This document shows positions 46,775 to 55,734 of a stretch of 64,000 nt of DNA, piece after piece. Source of the stretch: an uncultured Clostridia bacterium (GTDB taxonomy: Bacteria; Bacillota; Clostridia; TANB77; CAG-508); NCBI GenBank assembly GCA_947631495.1, contig CANRLO010000001.1, positions 33,060-97,059 on the forward strand. Reading direction: 5' to 3'. The position numbers were made by a program, and so were the translations under genes. Below the pieces are notes generated by a model. The model was not told the DNA's origin. It made no database searches and saw only the letters and a list, made by a program, of their open reading frames with translations. Every line of letters starts with the position of its first letter. The first letter of the stretch is position 1.

Positions 46775-48900
46775 ATGAAGGTAATAAAAAGAGACGGAAG
46801 AGCAGTAGATTATAATAGAGAAAAAATTGCAACAGCCATTGAAAAAGCAAATAACGAAGTAAAACCAAAAGAAAGAGTAACAAAAGAAGAAATTAAAGAA
46901 ATTATAAAATATATAGAAGAACTTGACAAAAAAAGAATTTTAGTAGAAGATATTCAAGATATTATTGAACAACAATTAATGGATAGAAAAAAGTTCGAGC
47001 TTGCAAAAAAATATATGATTTATCGTTATACAAGAGCATTAGTTAGAAAAGCAAACACAACAGATGAATCTATTTTAGGATTAATCAAAAACCAAAACAA
47101 AGAACTAGCAGAAGAAAATTCAAACAAAAATGCTGTTCTTGCTTCTACGCAAAGAGACTACATTGCAGGAGAAGTTTCAAAAGACTTAACAAAAAGAATA
47201 TTATTACCAGAAAAAATTACAAAAGCACATGAAGAAGGAATCCTTCATTTCCACGACATGGACTATTTCTTACAACCAATTTTCAACTGTTGTCTAATCA
47301 ATATAGGAGACATGTTAGATAATGGAACTGTTATGAACGGAAAACTAATAGAATCTCCAAAAAGTTTCCAAGTAGCCTGCACTATTATGACACAAGTCAT
47401 TGCAGCAGTTGCTTCAAACCAATATGGTGGACAATCTGTAGACATTAGCCACTTAGGAAAATATGTAAGAAAAAGCTATGAAAAATTCAAAAAAGACTTT
47501 GAAAAAGAATTTGGTGATGAACTATCAGAAGACATGATAGAAAGATTAACACAACAAAGATTGAAAAAAGAAATTTCTGCAGGTGTACAAACCATTCAAT
47601 ACCAAATCAACACATTAATGACCACAAATGGACAATCACCATTTGTAACCCTATTCTTAAACTTAAAGAAAGATGACCCATACATAAAAGAAAATGCAAT
47701 GGTCATTGAAGAAATAATAAAACAAAGATATGAAGGAATAAAAAACGAAAAAGGCGTATATATTACACCAGCATTCCCAAAATTAGTTTATGTATTAGAT
47801 GAGCACAACTGCTTAAAAGGTGGAGAATATGATTATTTAACAAAACTTGCAGTAAAATGTTCAGCAAAAAGACTATATCCAGATTATATTTCAGCAAAGA
47901 AAATGCGTGAAAACTATGAAGGAAACGTATTTAGCCCAATGGGTTGTAGAAGTTTCTTATCACCATGGAAAGATGAAAACGGAGAATACAAATTTGAAGG
48001 AAGATTCAACCAAGGTGTAGTTAGTATCAATTTACCTCAAATTGGTATCATTGCAGATGGAGACGAAGAAAAATTCTGGAAATTATTAGATGAAAGACTT
48101 GAACTATGCAAAGAAGCTTTAATGTGCAGACACTATGCTTTACTTGGAACATTAAGCAATACAAGTCCAATTCACTGGAGATATGGGGCAATTGCTCGTA
48201 TGGAACCAGGAGAAAAAATAGACAAACTATTAAAAGATGGATATTCAACACTTTCATTAGGTTACATTGGAATCTACGAAGTAACTAAAGCAATGAAAGG
48301 TGTATCACATACCACAGAAGAAGGACATGAATTTGCAATAAGAGTTATGAAACGTTTAAAAGAAGCAACACAACAGTGGAAGAAAGAAACAGGACTTGGC
48401 TTCGCTTTATATGGAACACCAGCAGAAAGCTTATGCTATCGTTTTGCAAGAATAGACAAAGAAAAATTTGGCGAAATCAAAGACATTACAGATAAAGGTT
48501 ACTACACCAACTCTTATCATGTAGACGTAAGAGAAAAAATAGACGCATTCAAAAAATTATCTTTTGAAAGTGAATTCCAAACACTATCTACAGGTGGAGC
48601 AATTTCATACATAGAAATACCAAACATGAGACATAACCTAAAAGCACTAGAAGATGTTGTTAAATTCATTTACGACAACATTCAATATGCAGAATTCAAT
48701 ACAAAATCAGACTACTGCCATGTTTGCGGATTTGATGGAGAAATTATCATTAATGATAACTAGAATGGGAATGCCCAAACTGTGGAAACAAAGATAAAAA
48801 TAAAATGAACGTAACAAGACGTACATGTGGTTACTTAGGAGAAAACTTCTGGAATGAAGGAAAAACAAAAGAAATAAAAGCAAGAGTATTGCATTTATAA
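46775..48900 (+). pseudogene. nrdD: Anaerobic ribonucleoside-triphosphate reductase NrdD with a -1 frameshift near the 3' end (or assembly error)
   Basis: ATP-cone MKVIKRDGRAVDYNREKI. The main ORF stops at 48763. The downstream frame encodes LEWECPNCGNKDKNKMNVTRRTCGYLGENFWNEGKTKEIKARVLHL* (Zn ribbon + glycyl-radical RRTCGYLG). Confidence 0.9.
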
Positions 48901-48968
48901 AAAAATCAATTTGGCAAGAGTCTTCTTCTTTAAAAGATGAGACTCTTACCAAAAGTGAGGAGTAAACC

Positions 48969-49514
48969 ATGAATTATGCAAAAATAAAAAATTGCGATGT
49001 TGCAAATGGTCCAGGAGTTAGAGTTTCATTATTTGTAAGTGGATGCAATCATCACTGTAAAAATTGTTTCAACCGTGAAGCATGGGACTTTAGCTATGGA
49101 GATGAATTCACAAGTAAACAAGAACAAGAAATTATAGAAGACTTAAAACCAGATTATATCACAGGACTAAGCCTTTTAGGAGGGGAACCTTTTGAACAAG
49201 TAAATCAAGAAGGGTTAGTACCACTAATCAAAAAAGTAAAAGAAACATACCCAAATAAAAAAATATGGTGTTATACAGGTTTTACCTTTGACAAACAAAT
49301 TCTAGGACAAATGATACAAGAAGAACATAGAGAAACCACCAAAGAAATGTTAGAAAACATAGATTACATCGTAGATGGAAGATTTGTAGAAGAATTAAAA
49401 GATCCAAAACTAAGATTTAGAGGTTCAAGCAATCAAAGAATAATAGATGTAAAAAAGAGCCTAGAACAGCATGATATCGTAATTTGGGATGGACTAAATA
49501 AAGATATAGGTTAA
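48969..49514 (+). CDS. nrdG: Anaerobic RNR activating protein NrdG (radical SAM)
   Basis: VANGPGVRVSLFVSGCNHHCKNCFN cluster motif. Confidence 0.9.
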   Translation: MNYAKIKNCDVANGPGVRVSLFVSGCNHHCKNCFNREAWDFSYGDEFTSKQEQEIIEDLKPDYITGLSLLGGEPFEQVNQEGLVPLIKKVKETYPNKKIWCYTGFTFDKQILGQMIQEEHRETTKEMLENIDYIVDGRFVEELKDPKLRFRGSSNQRIIDVKKSLEQHDIVIWDGLNKDIG

Positions 49515-49516
49515 AC

Positions 49517-49572
49517 AAGAGGGACGCCCCTTTTCGTTCCAAAATGGAACGGTAGGGACACCCTTTTATTTT
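49517..49572 (+). terminator. Nested-hairpin terminator, repeat family 2, second copy
   Basis: AAGAGGGACGCCCC TTTT CGTTCC-AAAAT-GGAACG GTA GGGACACCCTTTT followed by ATTTTT. Confidence 0.7.
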
Positions 49573-49710
49573 TACTTTCCAAATCTTTCCTAAAAATAGC
49601 AAACAACTATTGACAAAAAACTATATTTTAAGATATAATACGTACGTATCAAGAAAAATACATATCCCGCACAAAGAAAGTGTAGTTACCGGAAGGAGGG
49701 GAATATTTAA

Positions 49711-49881
49711 ATGTCAGAGATTAAAGTAAATAATGGAAATATAGAAGATGCCTTAAAAAGATTTAAAAGACAATGCGCAAGAAATGGCGTATTGCAAGAG
49801 GTACGTAAAAGAGAGCACTATGAAAAACCAAGCGTAAAAAGAAAGAAAAAATCAGAGGCAGCAAGAAAAAGAAAATTTTAA
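49711..49881 (+). CDS. rpsU: 30S ribosomal protein S21 (56 aa, below the track cutoff)
   Basis: GGAAGGAGGGG RBS. Translation [56 protein letters not shown]. Confidence 0.92.
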   Translation: MSEIKVNNGNIEDALKRFKRQCARNGVLQEVRKREHYEKPSVKRKKKSEAARKRKF

Positions 49882-50069
49882 AATAAAAATGAGATTATAA
49901 AAATAATCAGAACACAAAAATTAAAGTAAGAAAAGAGGTTGTAAGTTAAAGGTTAGAAATAAACTATAATTTTCAACCTTTTTTATTTTTAGTATCCATT
50001 GGGGACGTTTCCTTTTGGTAAATCTGTCCCTAATGGTAACCAATAATACAACAAAAGGAGGAAAGAAAA

Positions 50070-50510
50070 ATGTTAAAAGAAAAATTATTAGAAGATATGA
50101 AAGTATCTATGAGAGACAAAAGTGTCATAAGAAAAAATGTAATTCAAATGGTAAGAGCAGCTATATTGCAAGTAGAAAAAGACAAACAAGTAGAATTAAA
50201 TGACGATCAAATTCTAGAAATCATAGCAAAAGAATCAAAAAAGAGAAAAGATGCTTTAGCAGACTATGAAAAAAGTGGAAGAGAAGATTTAATCCAAGCA
50301 ATCAATCAAGAAATTGATATTTTAGCAGAATATTTGCCAAAACCATTATCAAAAGAAGAAATAGAAAAAATCGTAGAAGAAATAATAGCTAGTGTAGGAG
50401 CAACTTCAATGAAAGAAATGGGAATGGTTATGAAAGAAGCAAAAGCAAAAATAGGGCCAGCTGCTGATGGAAAAACCATTAATGAAATAGTAAAAGAAAA
50501 ATTAAGTTAG
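50070..50510 (+). CDS. yqeY: GatB/YqeY domain protein
   Basis: MLKEKLLEDMKVSMRDK...RAAILQVEKD and the conserved position after rpsU. Confidence 0.85.
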   Translation: MLKEKLLEDMKVSMRDKSVIRKNVIQMVRAAILQVEKDKQVELNDDQILEIIAKESKKRKDALADYEKSGREDLIQAINQEIDILAEYLPKPLSKEEIEKIVEEIIASVGATSMKEMGMVMKEAKAKIGPAADGKTINEIVKEKLS

Positions 50511-50712
50511 TAGAAAAATAATCAGTAATAAAACGTGAAAAATGTACTATTACTGATTATTTTTATATATATAACTAAATAAAAATAAAACCATAACATC
50601 TTGTATAAATTTTCCATTTTGTATTATAATATGAAAAGAGTATAAAAACCATCATAACGAAAATAAAAAATTTAATAAAACAAAATTATGCCTTAGGAGG
50701 AAATAGAAAACT

Positions 50713-51975
50713 ATGAAAAATGAAAAAATAGAAATCAAAGAAGGAATAAATTTCCACGAAATTACAACAAATAAATTCAAAACCAATTTATTTGCTATCT
50801 TCTTAACATTGCCACTAACCAGAGAAAACGTAACAAAAAATGCATTATTAACAGCTGTTTTAAGAAGGGGAACAAAAGATTTACCTTCCCAAGAAGAAAT
50901 CAGTAAAACATTAGAAGAAATGTATGGAGCAAGTTTTGATTGTGGCATTGAAAAATCAGGCGATTATCATACCATAAAATTCTATTTAGAAGTCATAAGC
51001 GACCAATTTTTACCAATGCAAGAAAATATCAGTAAAAAAGGTTTGGAACTACTATTTTCTATAGCATTTAACCCTTATGTAGAACAAAATGCTTTCAAAG
51101 AAGAATATGTAGCACAAGAAAAAGAAAACTTAAAACAAATCATAGAAGGAAAAATAGACAATAAAGCAAGCTATGCTCAAGAAAGATGTATAGAAGAAAT
51201 GTACAAAAATAAACCATATGGACTATACAAATATGGTTATATTGAAGACTTACAAAACATAACAGCCAAAAACTTATATGAACATTATTTAGAAGTATTA
51301 CAAAACTGTAAAATAGACATCTTTGCTTCTGGCGAATTCCAAGAAAAAATGCAAGAAATTGTAAAAAATAATAAAGAAATTGAAAAACTAAACCCTAGAA
51401 AAATAAATTTAGAAATTGAAGATAAAAAAGAAGAGCAAACAGAGCCAAAAATTGTTACAGACAATATGGAAGTAACACAAGGAAAATTAGTCATGGGATA
51501 TGATGTTATTTCAAACGAAAAAAATTTAAGCTATATTGCTATGGTATGTAACACCATATTAGGAGTAGGAGCAAACTCCAAACTATTCCAAAATGTAAGA
51601 GAAAAAGCAAGCTTAGCATATACCTGTGGTTCAAGTTATATCAAAAGAAAACAAACTGTTTTTATAAAAGCAGGAATAGAAATTCAAAATTATGAAAAAG
51701 CACTAGAAATTATCAAACAACAAGTAGAAGATATGAAACAGGGAAAATTTAATGCTCAAGATATCGAAAGTGCAAAAAACTTAATTTATGCTACTATTTA
51801 TAATATAGAAGAAGAACAAGACACCGAAATTAGTTACTATTTTGGACAAGAATTAGCAAAACAAAATGTTAGCATTGAAGAATACAAGAAAAAAATAGAA
51901 GAAGTTAGTAAAGAACAAATTGTAGAAGTAGCAAATAAAATGAAATTAAATACGATTTATTTCTTAAGAGATTAA
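50713..51975 (+). CDS. M16 (pitrilysin) family peptidase-like protein lacking the HxxEH motif (YfmF-like)
   Basis: M16 fold pattern. Paired with the downstream HxxEH-containing paralogue. Confidence 0.75.
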   Translation: MKNEKIEIKEGINFHEITTNKFKTNLFAIFLTLPLTRENVTKNALLTAVLRRGTKDLPSQEEISKTLEEMYGASFDCGIEKSGDYHTIKFYLEVISDQFLPMQENISKKGLELLFSIAFNPYVEQNAFKEEYVAQEKENLKQIIEGKIDNKASYAQERCIEEMYKNKPYGLYKYGYIEDLQNITAKNLYEHYLEVLQNCKIDIFASGEFQEKMQEIVKNNKEIEKLNPRKINLEIEDKKEEQTEPKIVTDNMEVTQGKLVMGYDVISNEKNLSYIAMVCNTILGVGANSKLFQNVREKASLAYTCGSSYIKRKQTVFIKAGIEIQNYEKALEIIKQQVEDMKQGKFNAQDIESAKNLIYATIYNIEEEQDTEISYYFGQELAKQNVSIEEYKKKIEEVSKEQIVEVANKMKLNTIYFLRD

Positions 51976-52080
51976 AAAGCAAAAATAAAAAAGCAAAAAC
52001 AAAAAGCAAAAAAACATAAAATCAACACTAAAATAAAAAAATAAATCGTTAGACACACTTTAACAAAACAAGGAGGAAAC

Positions 52081-53349
52081 ATGAAAGTTATAGAAAGCCT
52101 TAAAATAAAGGAAAAAGTATATATCGAAAAATTAGAAAATGGTTTAACCATTCTACTTGTGCCAAAAGAAACCACAAATAAAAAATATGTTATGTGGTCT
52201 ACACACTTTGGTTCTATAGATAACCATTTTATCATGCCAGAAACAAAAGAAGAAGTTTATGTACCAGATGGTGTAGCACACTTTTTAGAGCATAAAATGT
52301 TCGAACAACCAAATGGAACCAATAGCCTAGATACACTAATGGCACTAGGAGTAGATGCCAATGCATATACTACCAATAACCATACAGCTTATCTATTTGA
52401 AACAACCGAACACTTTATGGAAGCACTAGACGAACTAATGGATTATGTGCAACACCCATATTTTACAGATCAAAATGTAGAAAAAGAAAAAGGAATTATT
52501 GGTCAAGAGATTGGAATGTATGATGACGACCCAGGTTGGCAATTATACATGAATGCCCTAGATTGTTTATACAAAGAAAATGCAATTAAAATAGATATAG
52601 CAGGAACAGTTGAATCAATAAGCAAAATAGATAAAGACGTTCTATATAAATGCTATAACACATTTTATCATCCATCTAATATGGTAATGGTAATATGCGG
52701 AAACTTTAAGCCAGAAGAAATGCTAGAAGAAATAAAGAAAAGATTAATAGAAAAACCAAAACAAGGTGAAATCAAAAGAATATATGCGCCACAAGAAATT
52801 GATATTCATATGCCTTATAAAGAAAGCACAATGGAAGTAAGTCAGCCACTTTTCATGATAGGTTTTAAAGATTCTATAGAACAAGAAAATAAAGTACAAA
52901 AACATATAGCTATTGAAATTTTAATGAACATGTTTATTGGCAAAAGTTCTCCATTATATCAAAAATTATATCAAGAAGGAATTTTACTAGCACAACCAGA
53001 CTTGGACTATGAATTTACCAATGAATATGCTCATGTGCTAATTTCAGGACAAGCAAAAGATCCTCAAAAAATTCAACAAGAACTATTACAAGAAATACAA
53101 AAACAAAAAGAAAATTTTGATGAAGCACATTTTGAAAGAATGAAAAAGAAAGTATATGGTGATTATGTAGTAGAATACAACAACATTTCTGATATTGCAC
53201 GAATGTTATTATCTGATTATTTTAAAGGTATTAATTCATTCGACTATATTGAACAATTTCAAACAGTAACAGCAGAATATACCAAACAAATTTTGCAAGA
53301 AGTATTTGACGAAAAAAAATGTATTTTGTCTGTTGTAAAGGCAAAATAA
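52081..53349 (+). CDS. M16 (pitrilysin) family zinc peptidase (YfmH-like)
   Basis: GVAHFLEHKMFE contains the HxxEH zinc motif. Confidence 0.85.
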   Translation: MKVIESLKIKEKVYIEKLENGLTILLVPKETTNKKYVMWSTHFGSIDNHFIMPETKEEVYVPDGVAHFLEHKMFEQPNGTNSLDTLMALGVDANAYTTNNHTAYLFETTEHFMEALDELMDYVQHPYFTDQNVEKEKGIIGQEIGMYDDDPGWQLYMNALDCLYKENAIKIDIAGTVESISKIDKDVLYKCYNTFYHPSNMVMVICGNFKPEEMLEEIKKRLIEKPKQGEIKRIYAPQEIDIHMPYKESTMEVSQPLFMIGFKDSIEQENKVQKHIAIEILMNMFIGKSSPLYQKLYQEGILLAQPDLDYEFTNEYAHVLISGQAKDPQKIQQELLQEIQKQKENFDEAHFERMKKKVYGDYVVEYNNISDIARMLLSDYFKGINSFDYIEQFQTVTAEYTKQILQEVFDEKKCILSVVKAK

Positions 53350-53404
53350 AAAAATATGTCGAAAAATAAAAGAAAACATAAAAAAATGACATACGAAAGT
53401 TTAA

Positions 53405-53432
53405 AAAAACACCGAAAAATAGGTGTTTTTTT
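53405..53432 (+). terminator. Rho-independent terminator
   Basis: AAAAACACC-GAAAAATA-GGTGTTTTT plus T run. Confidence 0.75.
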
Positions 53433-53506
53433 ATTGACTAAAATGTAAAAATATGGTAGTTTATAATTAACACAAAAGAAAAAAAGATAAAAAAGGGAGG
53501 GGTTAT

Positions 53507-53716
53507 ATGTTAAATGATGAAATTTGTAAATTAAGGGACAAATTAAACGAAAGCATAATTAGTGGGCAAGATTATACGGTAACATATAAGCTTAGCATTG
53601 AACTAGACGAACTCATTGCCAAATATTATCGAACAGAAGAAAGCGAAGAAACAAAAATAACGAAAAAATCAAAAGAAAAAAGAAAGGCTAGTAAAGATTG
53701 CATACTCATTCCTTAA
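53507..53716 (+). CDS. Spo0E-family aspartyl-phosphate phosphatase-like protein
   Basis: ICKLRDKLNESI...YKLSIELDELIAKYY, a Spo0E-like helical hairpin. Confidence 0.7.
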   Translation: MLNDEICKLRDKLNESIISGQDYTVTYKLSIELDELIAKYYRTEESEETKITKKSKEKRKASKDCILIP

Positions 53717-53773
53717 AAATCATTTAAAAAGCTTAAATATTTTTTTACAAAATACAAATTCAATCTTACAATA

Positions 53774-53801
53774 AAAAATTCCCATAACAGGGAATTTTTT
53801 A
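53774..53801 (+). terminator. Rho-independent terminator
   Basis: AAAAATTCCC-ATAACA-GGGAATTTTT. Confidence 0.75.
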
Positions 53802-53898
53802 TTGCTATTTGAAACGTTCATGTTTGAAAATAATGAGTAAAATTAAGATAACAAAAAGGTAAAATAAAATTGTGCGAATAAAAAAATCCCGTAATTAG

Positions 53899-53927
53899 TT
53901 GAAAAAGAGAAATAAATAAAGTATAAT
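53899..53927 (+). promoter_or_regulatory. Perfect consensus sigma-A promoter
   Basis: TTGAAA, 17 nt spacer, TATAAT, 40 nt before the first VirB2-like gene. Confidence 0.55.
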
Positions 53928-53966
53928 ATAAGTAGAGTATGAACGAAATAACGGAGGAAATAAAAA

Positions 53967-54320
53967 ATGAAACAAATTAGAAAAATAATATTAATAACTA
54001 TATTTATATTATTACTAAGTATTACCATATCAAATGCTTCTATAGATACAAATACTTTTAAACCAAATGCTTTAACAGAAGACGATTATGATGTAGCATT
54101 TAACATGGCAGGAACAATTATTAATGCAATTACAACAATAGGAATTGTTATTGCTGTTATAATGGTTATGGTTTTAGGTATTAAATATATGGTAGCTAGT
54201 GTAGAACAAAAAGCAGACTATAAAAGAACTATGATTCCTATGATAGTTGGTGCTATATTATTATTTGCATCTTCTACATTTGTATCAATTATATATAATT
54301 TAATTTCAAAAATAGAATAG
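53967..54320 (+). CDS. VirB2/TrbC-like small membrane protein 1
   Basis: Signal peptide plus two hydrophobic helices joined by the loop GIKYMVASVEQKADYKRTMIP. Paralogous to the next two genes. Confidence 0.55.
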   Translation: MKQIRKIILITIFILLLSITISNASIDTNTFKPNALTEDDYDVAFNMAGTIINAITTIGIVIAVIMVMVLGIKYMVASVEQKADYKRTMIPMIVGAILLFASSTFVSIIYNLISKIE

Positions 54321-54354
54321 AGTAATAAAAATATAAAGAATAGGAAGTGATAAA

Positions 54355-54756
54355 ATGACAAAAAAAATATTAATTAGTATGATGTTAGTAATAAGTATTA
54401 TAACCTTGAATATACATAGCGTATACGCAAGCGATACTACTGTAGAAAATACTACTTTAGGAGATATTATAGAAGGAGCACAGGGCTTTATTGAAGCTGG
54501 AAAAACAGAAGAAGAAAAAATTAGTCAAGAAAATTTACAAAAGTTATCAAATATGATTTATAACATATTATTGGTATTAGGAATTATTATAGCGATTATA
54601 CTAGGTGCTATTTTAGGAATTAAATTTATGACAGAAGGAGTAGAAGGTCAAATAGAAGTTAAGAAAGCATTGATACCTTATGTTATAGGTTGCGTTGTTG
54701 TATTTGGAGCTTTTACAATATGGAAAATAGTAGTTAATATGTTGCAATCTATGTAA
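54355..54756 (+). CDS. VirB2/TrbC-like small membrane protein 2
   Basis: Same topology. Loop GIKFMTEGVEGQIEVKKALIP. Confidence 0.55.
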   Translation: MTKKILISMMLVISIITLNIHSVYASDTTVENTTLGDIIEGAQGFIEAGKTEEEKISQENLQKLSNMIYNILLVLGIIIAIILGAILGIKFMTEGVEGQIEVKKALIPYVIGCVVVFGAFTIWKIVVNMLQSM

Positions 54757-54783
54757 AAAAATGAAAAAATAACTAAAAAATAG

Positions 54784-54812
54784 TTGAAAAATACAAAAAA
54801 GTATTGTATAAT
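54784..54812 (+). promoter_or_regulatory. Perfect consensus sigma-A promoter
   Basis: TTGAAA, 17 nt spacer, TATAAT (TG immediately upstream), before the third VirB2-like gene. Confidence 0.55.
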
Positions 54813-54845
54813 AAAAATTAGTAAATAAAGAGGAGGAAAATTTAT

Positions 54846-55220
54846 ATGAAAAAACAAGTAAAAGTATTATCTATTATATTAATGGTAATCATGATATTAA
54901 CATCATTAAGTAGCATAGTACTAGCAGCACCTGATTTATCTAGTCAAATTACTGAATTAGGAACTGGAACAGCAAGTGGTACAGAGAAAATTATGGATCT
55001 TGGTAAAACAATAGTTGCTATTATGCAAACAGTAGGTATTGTAGTTGCAGTAGTTGTTTTATTAGTGTTAGGTATTAAATACATGATGGGTAGTGCAGAA
55101 GAAAAAGCAGAATACAAGAAAACAATGATTCCATATGTAGTAGGTGCTATTCTAATTTTCGCAGCTACTACTATAGTAAATGTTGTTTATAACTTAGCTA
55201 ATGGATTAAATACAAAATAA
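54846..55220 (+). CDS. VirB2/TrbC-like small membrane protein 3
   Basis: GGAGGA RBS, same topology. Loop GIKYMMGSAEEKAEYKKTMIP. Confidence 0.55.
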   Translation: MKKQVKVLSIILMVIMILTSLSSIVLAAPDLSSQITELGTGTASGTEKIMDLGKTIVAIMQTVGIVVAVVVLLVLGIKYMMGSAEEKAEYKKTMIPYVVGAILIFAATTIVNVVYNLANGLNTK

Positions 55221-55260
55221 TTCATTACAATAAAATTACAAACATATTACAAAAATATTA

Positions 55261-55288
55261 AAAATGCACAAAAAGTGCATTTTTTTTA
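55261..55288 (+). terminator. Rho-independent terminator after the VirB2-like genes
   Basis: AAAATGCAC-AAAA-GTGCATTTT plus T run. Confidence 0.75.
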
Positions 55289-55386
55289 TGTTTTTTAGTG
55301 CATTTTGTAATACTTTCTGTTATAATAGTAATAGGTGTAACTAGAATTATTATGTCATTATGCAATGAAAGGAGAAACAAATTTAA

Positions 55387-55734
55387 ATGGGAACTTATAA
55401 CATACCAAGAAATGTAAAAGGAGAAGGTAGAATATTATTCATTTTTTCAACCAAAAGCTTATTATATACAGTTATTGGAGTTGTTGTAGGGTTACCATTT
55501 TATTTCTTACTTTCTGCTTTAAAATTAAAATTAATAGGAATTGTTATTGCGGCATTTTTTGCATTAATTGGATTTATCATTGGAACTATGAAGTTTCCAG
55601 AACTAGGAGCATTCAAAGCAACAAAAAAAATAGGTGGAGAAAATATTGATGATATTATACTAAGAGCAATTAAGTTTAAGAAAAAAGGAAAAAAAATGTA
55701 TTTATATACTAAGGAGGAACAAAAGAATGGATAG
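55387..55734 (+). CDS. VirB3-like small membrane protein (PrgI/TcpE type)
   Basis: 115 aa with two central TM helices and the N-terminal motif YNIPRNVKGEGRILFIF. Sits immediately upstream of the VirB4 region. Confidence 0.5.
   Translation: MGTYNIPRNVKGEGRILFIFSTKSLLYTVIGVVVGLPFYFLLSALKLKLIGIVIAAFFALIGFIIGTMKFPELGAFKATKKIGGENIDDIILRAIKFKKKGKKMYLYTKEEQKNG

Noticed and set aside
48707-48970. 87-aa minus-strand ORF between nrdD and nrdG.
   Set aside because: The + strand here encodes the conserved Zn-ribbon and glycyl-radical tail of NrdD in a shifted frame.
50015-50203. 62-aa ORF overlapping the start of yqeY in another frame.
   Set aside because: yqeY has the RBS and conserved sequence. This frame is basic and low-complexity.
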